Part shown: positions 61,107-64,000 of the stretch, one piece after another | How the letters are laid out: each line of letters opens with the position of its first letter | Numbering within the stretch: the stretch's first letter is position 1 | NCBI GenBank assembly: GCA_044344255.1 | Contig: JBIJDH010000002.1 | Location: 128,001 to 192,000, forward strand | Source: Myxococcota bacterium | GTDB taxonomy: Bacteria; Myxococcota_A; UBA796; UBA2385 | DNA length: 64,000 bases | Reading direction: 5' to 3' | Translations under genes and position numbers: made by a program | The notes under the pieces: generated by a model | Databases searched by the model: none | Told to the model about the DNA's origin: nothing | The model's input: only the letters and a program-made list of their open reading frames with translations

Positions 61107-62581
61107 TCGCGCTGCTGTTGGGTTTCGTCTCGTCTGCGGCGGCCGCCCGACCGGACTCGGGCAGCGGCATGTTTGCCTTTGACGCAGCGGATGAGCTGGC
61201 CTGGGTCGAAGGGCCGGAGGGGCGGGTGCGCGTCACCTACAGCCTCTCGGGGCCGAACCAGACCCTCCTCGCCGACGACGATGGCTCCGGCTCCCCGGAC
61301 TACGCCGAGGATGTGGCCGCCTCCGCCGAGGCCGTGCTCGACTTCTACGCCGAGCTCGGCTTCCTCCGGCCCCTGTCCGAGGCCGACATGGGGCTCGGGG
61401 AGCTCGGCGGCAGCGGCGCCTTCGACTTCTACCTGCTTGACTTCGGCGGGTCGGCCGACGGCCAGTTCGTGACCGACACCTGCTCCGGCGGGCGCTGCTC
61501 GGGCTTCATGAACATGGAGAACGACTTCGCGGGCTACGGCTACAGCTCTCTCGCTGTCGCCATCCGCGTGCTGACGAGCCACGAGCTCTTTCATGCGGTG
61601 CAGGCCGCCTACAACGGCACCCAGGCCGCTTGGCTGAGCGAGGGCACGGCGGTCTGGGCCGAGTACCAGTACGACCCCGGCACGGAGGACTTCATCAGCC
61701 TCTGTGGGAGCTATCTGGCGGAGACCACCCGCTCCCTCGACTCCCCTCCGGCGGGCTCGGTCACGGGCTGGTCGTACGGGACCGCCCTCTTCTTCCAATT
61801 CCTGACGGAGCGTTACGCGCCGGGCGTGATCGTGGCCCTCGAGGAGGCGATGGAGGGGCGCGCGGCGGAGGGTGAGATCGCCGCGATCACCGACGTGCTC
61901 GCCGATTGGGGGACGGATTGGGCTACGGAGTGGCCGGTCTTCGCGCGGTGGAACCTCGCCGTGGGCAGCAGGGCCGGTGTGGCGGAGAGCTACCCCTTCG
62001 CGGCCTCCCTTCGAAAGATCGTCGAGGAGGCCGAGGGGAGCGAGATCGTCGATGACAACCGCTTCTACCCCCTCGCCGCCACCTACTTCCGCCTCGACCA
62101 CGCAGGCGGCCCGCTCTTCCTCGGCACCGCCGAGGACGCGGCCGGACTCGTCTTCACGGTACACCCCGTCGTCGATGGTGGTGACGACGGCCCGGTCGCC
62201 GACGCCATCGCCACCTGGGCCCCTGCCGGCCCCGAGACCCTCGAGCTCGGTGAGCAGCCGGCGGGGGGCTACTGGCTGGTCGGGAGCTACCCGGCGGTGG
62301 CCGATCAGAGCGTCAAGGTGCTCTTCTGCTTCGGTGGAGAGGCCGCCCTGGAGGCCTGCGCGGCCGGCCCCGTAGACTCCGGCGACCCCGCGGACAGCGG
62401 CGAGCCCGATGACACGGCGGGCGGGGAGGCCCCCGGGACGGGCGGAGAGGCTGACGAGGGGAAGGGCTGCGGCTGCGCCAGCGCCAAGCGCGCCGGTTCA
62501 GCGGCCAGCGGGCTCACGCTCCTGCTCAGCCTGGGCCTCGCGCTCGGCGCACGTAGGCGGCCCAGTCCTCCGGCGTGTTGA
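61103..62581 (+). CDS. Surface metalloprotease (MXAN_6640-like) with MYXO-CTERM tail
   Basis: HELFHAVQ...WLSEGTAVW; tail GKGCGC...LLLSLGLALGARRR. Confidence 0.75.
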   Translation: MIALLLGFVSSAAAARPDSGSGMFAFDAADELAWVEGPEGRVRVTYSLSGPNQTLLADDDGSGSPDYAEDVAASAEAVLDFYAELGFLRPLSEADMGLGELGGSGAFDFYLLDFGGSADGQFVTDTCSGGRCSGFMNMENDFAGYGYSSLAVAIRVLTSHELFHAVQAAYNGTQAAWLSEGTAVWAEYQYDPGTEDFISLCGSYLAETTRSLDSPPAGSVTGWSYGTALFFQFLTERYAPGVIVALEEAMEGRAAEGEIAAITDVLADWGTDWATEWPVFARWNLAVGSRAGVAESYPFAASLRKIVEEAEGSEIVDDNRFYPLAATYFRLDHAGGPLFLGTAEDAAGLVFTVHPVVDGGDDGPVADAIATWAPAGPETLELGEQPAGGYWLVGSYPAVADQSVKVLFCFGGEAALEACAAGPVDSGDPADSGEPDDTAGGEAPGTGGEADEGKGCGCASAKRAGSAASGLTLLLSLGLALGARRRPSPPAC

Positions 62582-63185
62582 GGTTGAGGGCGAGGTCCGG
62601 CCAGTCCACCGGCGCTCGCCGCGCCTCGGTGAGCGCCTGCTGGAGCGTGCCCTGCCGCAGCGCCTCCCGGGTCTCTCCCACCCGCACCCACACGGGATGA
62701 CCGGGCAGGCCCTCCCAGGTCGGGACGGCCGGAGCCCCACCGGAGAGCAGCGCCGCGAGCGCGGTGGCGGGCGCAGGGGCGACGTCGACCGGCGTGAGGA
62801 GGGCGGTGGCGTCGGCTGGGAGATCGGCGAGGGCCCGCTGCAAGGACTCCCGCGGCCCCGTGGTCGCCCAGTCGGGGTTGAGGACGATCGAGGGGGATAG
62901 ATCACAGGGCGCGAGCGCGCCGAAGGCCGCGAGGTAACGCTCCGCCTCGGCGCCGAGGACCACCCGGAGGGCGCGGGCGGCGGGGCGGAGCGCCCGGAGG
63001 TGGTGTTCGATCAGCGGCCGACCGTCGAGCCGCAGCAAGCCCTTCGGGCTCCCCATGCGCCGCGAGCCTCCTGCGGCGAGGATGATGGCCACGTCGGCGC
63101 GGAGGCCCTCTGCGATGGGGGTGTCCAGTAGGCCCCCCCGGTCGAATGCGCCACTGGTCAAGGCTCGGAGCCTCCCTCCGCCCAT
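62526..63185 (-). CDS. MobA/MocA-like nucleotidyltransferase
   Basis: IILAAGGSRRMGSPKGLL, NPDW, TPVD, GHPV, NLNTPED. Confidence 0.85.
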   Translation of the reverse strand: MGGGRLRALTSGAFDRGGLLDTPIAEGLRADVAIILAAGGSRRMGSPKGLLRLDGRPLIEHHLRALRPAARALRVVLGAEAERYLAAFGALAPCDLSPSIVLNPDWATTGPRESLQRALADLPADATALLTPVDVAPAPATALAALLSGGAPAVPTWEGLPGHPVWVRVGETREALRQGTLQQALTEARRAPVDWPDLALNLNTPEDWAAYVRRARGPG

Positions 63186-63199
63186 GTTACCGCTGGCGG

Positions 63200-64000
63200 A
63201 TGAACGTACCCTCCCAGGCCGCGAGGCGCCGCGCCCTCCCTGTCGCGGTCGGGCTGAGCGTCGGCCTCGGCGCGGTCGCCGCTGGCTGTGTGGGGCGGAG
63301 CGGCCGCGAGGTGCCCCAGCCTGCTCCCGTCCGCTACCACGTGTCGGTCCAGGCTCAGTTTGAGACCAGCGGCCAGGACGGCGAAGGCGCAGCCTTGAGC
63401 GCCCTCCAGGGCCTCGGCTCCCGCGCCGAGGCGCTCGAGCTGGACTTGTCGCTCCGCTGGGCGCGTGAGTACCGCGACGGCTCGGAGGGCCTGCTCGTGG
63501 CCTTTGATCGCGCGGCCGGGACCGCGCGGGGCCCCGAGGGCGAACGGCGCATCGATCCCCACCCCCTGCAGGGTCGGAGCGTGGAGCTGCGCCGCTTCCC
63601 CGACGGGGAGCTGCTGCGGGTCGGGCTGCTCGAACACGTGGCCGGCGGCGATCGAGGTGGGGAGCTCTGGGCGCCGGTCCTCGCGGCCTTGAGCCCGCGC
63701 CCCCCCGACATCCGTGGCGAGGGGGAGCACGCCGCCCGGACGGCGCGCTGGCCGCTCTTCCTCAACCCCGGGCGCGGGGCCTGGGAGACGATCGACGCCG
63801 ACTGGACCCTCCTCCCCATGGCACGGATCGGCTCAGACCGATGCTGGAACCTCCGCTACGCCGGTGACTGGCGCACCGAAGGGGGAGACGCCGCCGCGTC
63901 GCCGAGCCTGGTCATCCGCGCCCAAGGGCGGGCCGAGGGCGAGGTGTGGATCTCGCGCGCGGACCACGGTCTCGTGCGCCACACGCTGCGCTGGAGCCGT
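63200..64000 (+). CDS. Hypothetical lipoprotein, 3'-truncated by the window edge (absent from the ORF track)
   Basis: ATG 63200, MNVPSQAARRRALPVAVGLSVGLGAVAAGC lipobox; frame stays open to the window end. Confidence 0.65.
   Translation, partial: MNVPSQAARRRALPVAVGLSVGLGAVAAGCVGRSGREVPQPAPVRYHVSVQAQFETSGQDGEGAALSALQGLGSRAEALELDLSLRWAREYRDGSEGLLVAFDRAAGTARGPEGERRIDPHPLQGRSVELRRFPDGELLRVGLLEHVAGGDRGGELWAPVLAALSPRPPDIRGEGEHAARTARWPLFLNPGRGAWETIDADWTLLPMARIGSDRCWNLRYAGDWRTEGGDAAASPSLVIRAQGRAEGEVWISRADHGLVRHTLRWSR

Overview
GC-rich (roughly 70% by eye) bacterial chromosomal segment, most consistent with Myxococcota or a related deltaproteobacterial lineage: it has MYXO-CTERM-like sorting tails, an AgmX/PglI-like C-terminal domain, PEGA, TSP3/OmpA proteins and three Hsp70 paralogues. 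Most of the window is housekeeping: rpsU, lptE-like/holA, rpsT, ugd, lepA, pyrR-pyrB-pyrC', greA, tRNA-Ala(CGC), maf-udg, queA-tgt-yajC-secD-secF-ihf, PIN-PhoH, rlmB, rseP, tsaB, truA, rplM-rpsI and kdsB-pyrG-lptA-lptB-rpoN-hpf. I saw no integrase, transposase, rRNA or CRISPR array. The best candidate for an undescribed system is a five-gene minus-strand cluster (21628-28849). It encodes an Hsp70 whose lid is replaced by a MIDAS-intact vWA domain, an atypical GrpE, a second lidless Hsp70 with a long linker insertion, a membrane-spanning protein (two HPD-less J-like domains, TerB-like, Ig-like, PEGA, AgmX/TonB-C-like) and a TPR-zincin. Other highlights are a putative sigma54-driven polyprotein with an internal sorting signal fused to a second signal peptide and beta-barrel, a TraAB-like adhesion operon with redistributed domains, an apparently ATPase-dead RecG paralogue with a repetitive charged insert, and a reverse-oriented sigma54 site over the rpoN promoter. 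All domain calls come from reading motifs by eye; no searches were run.
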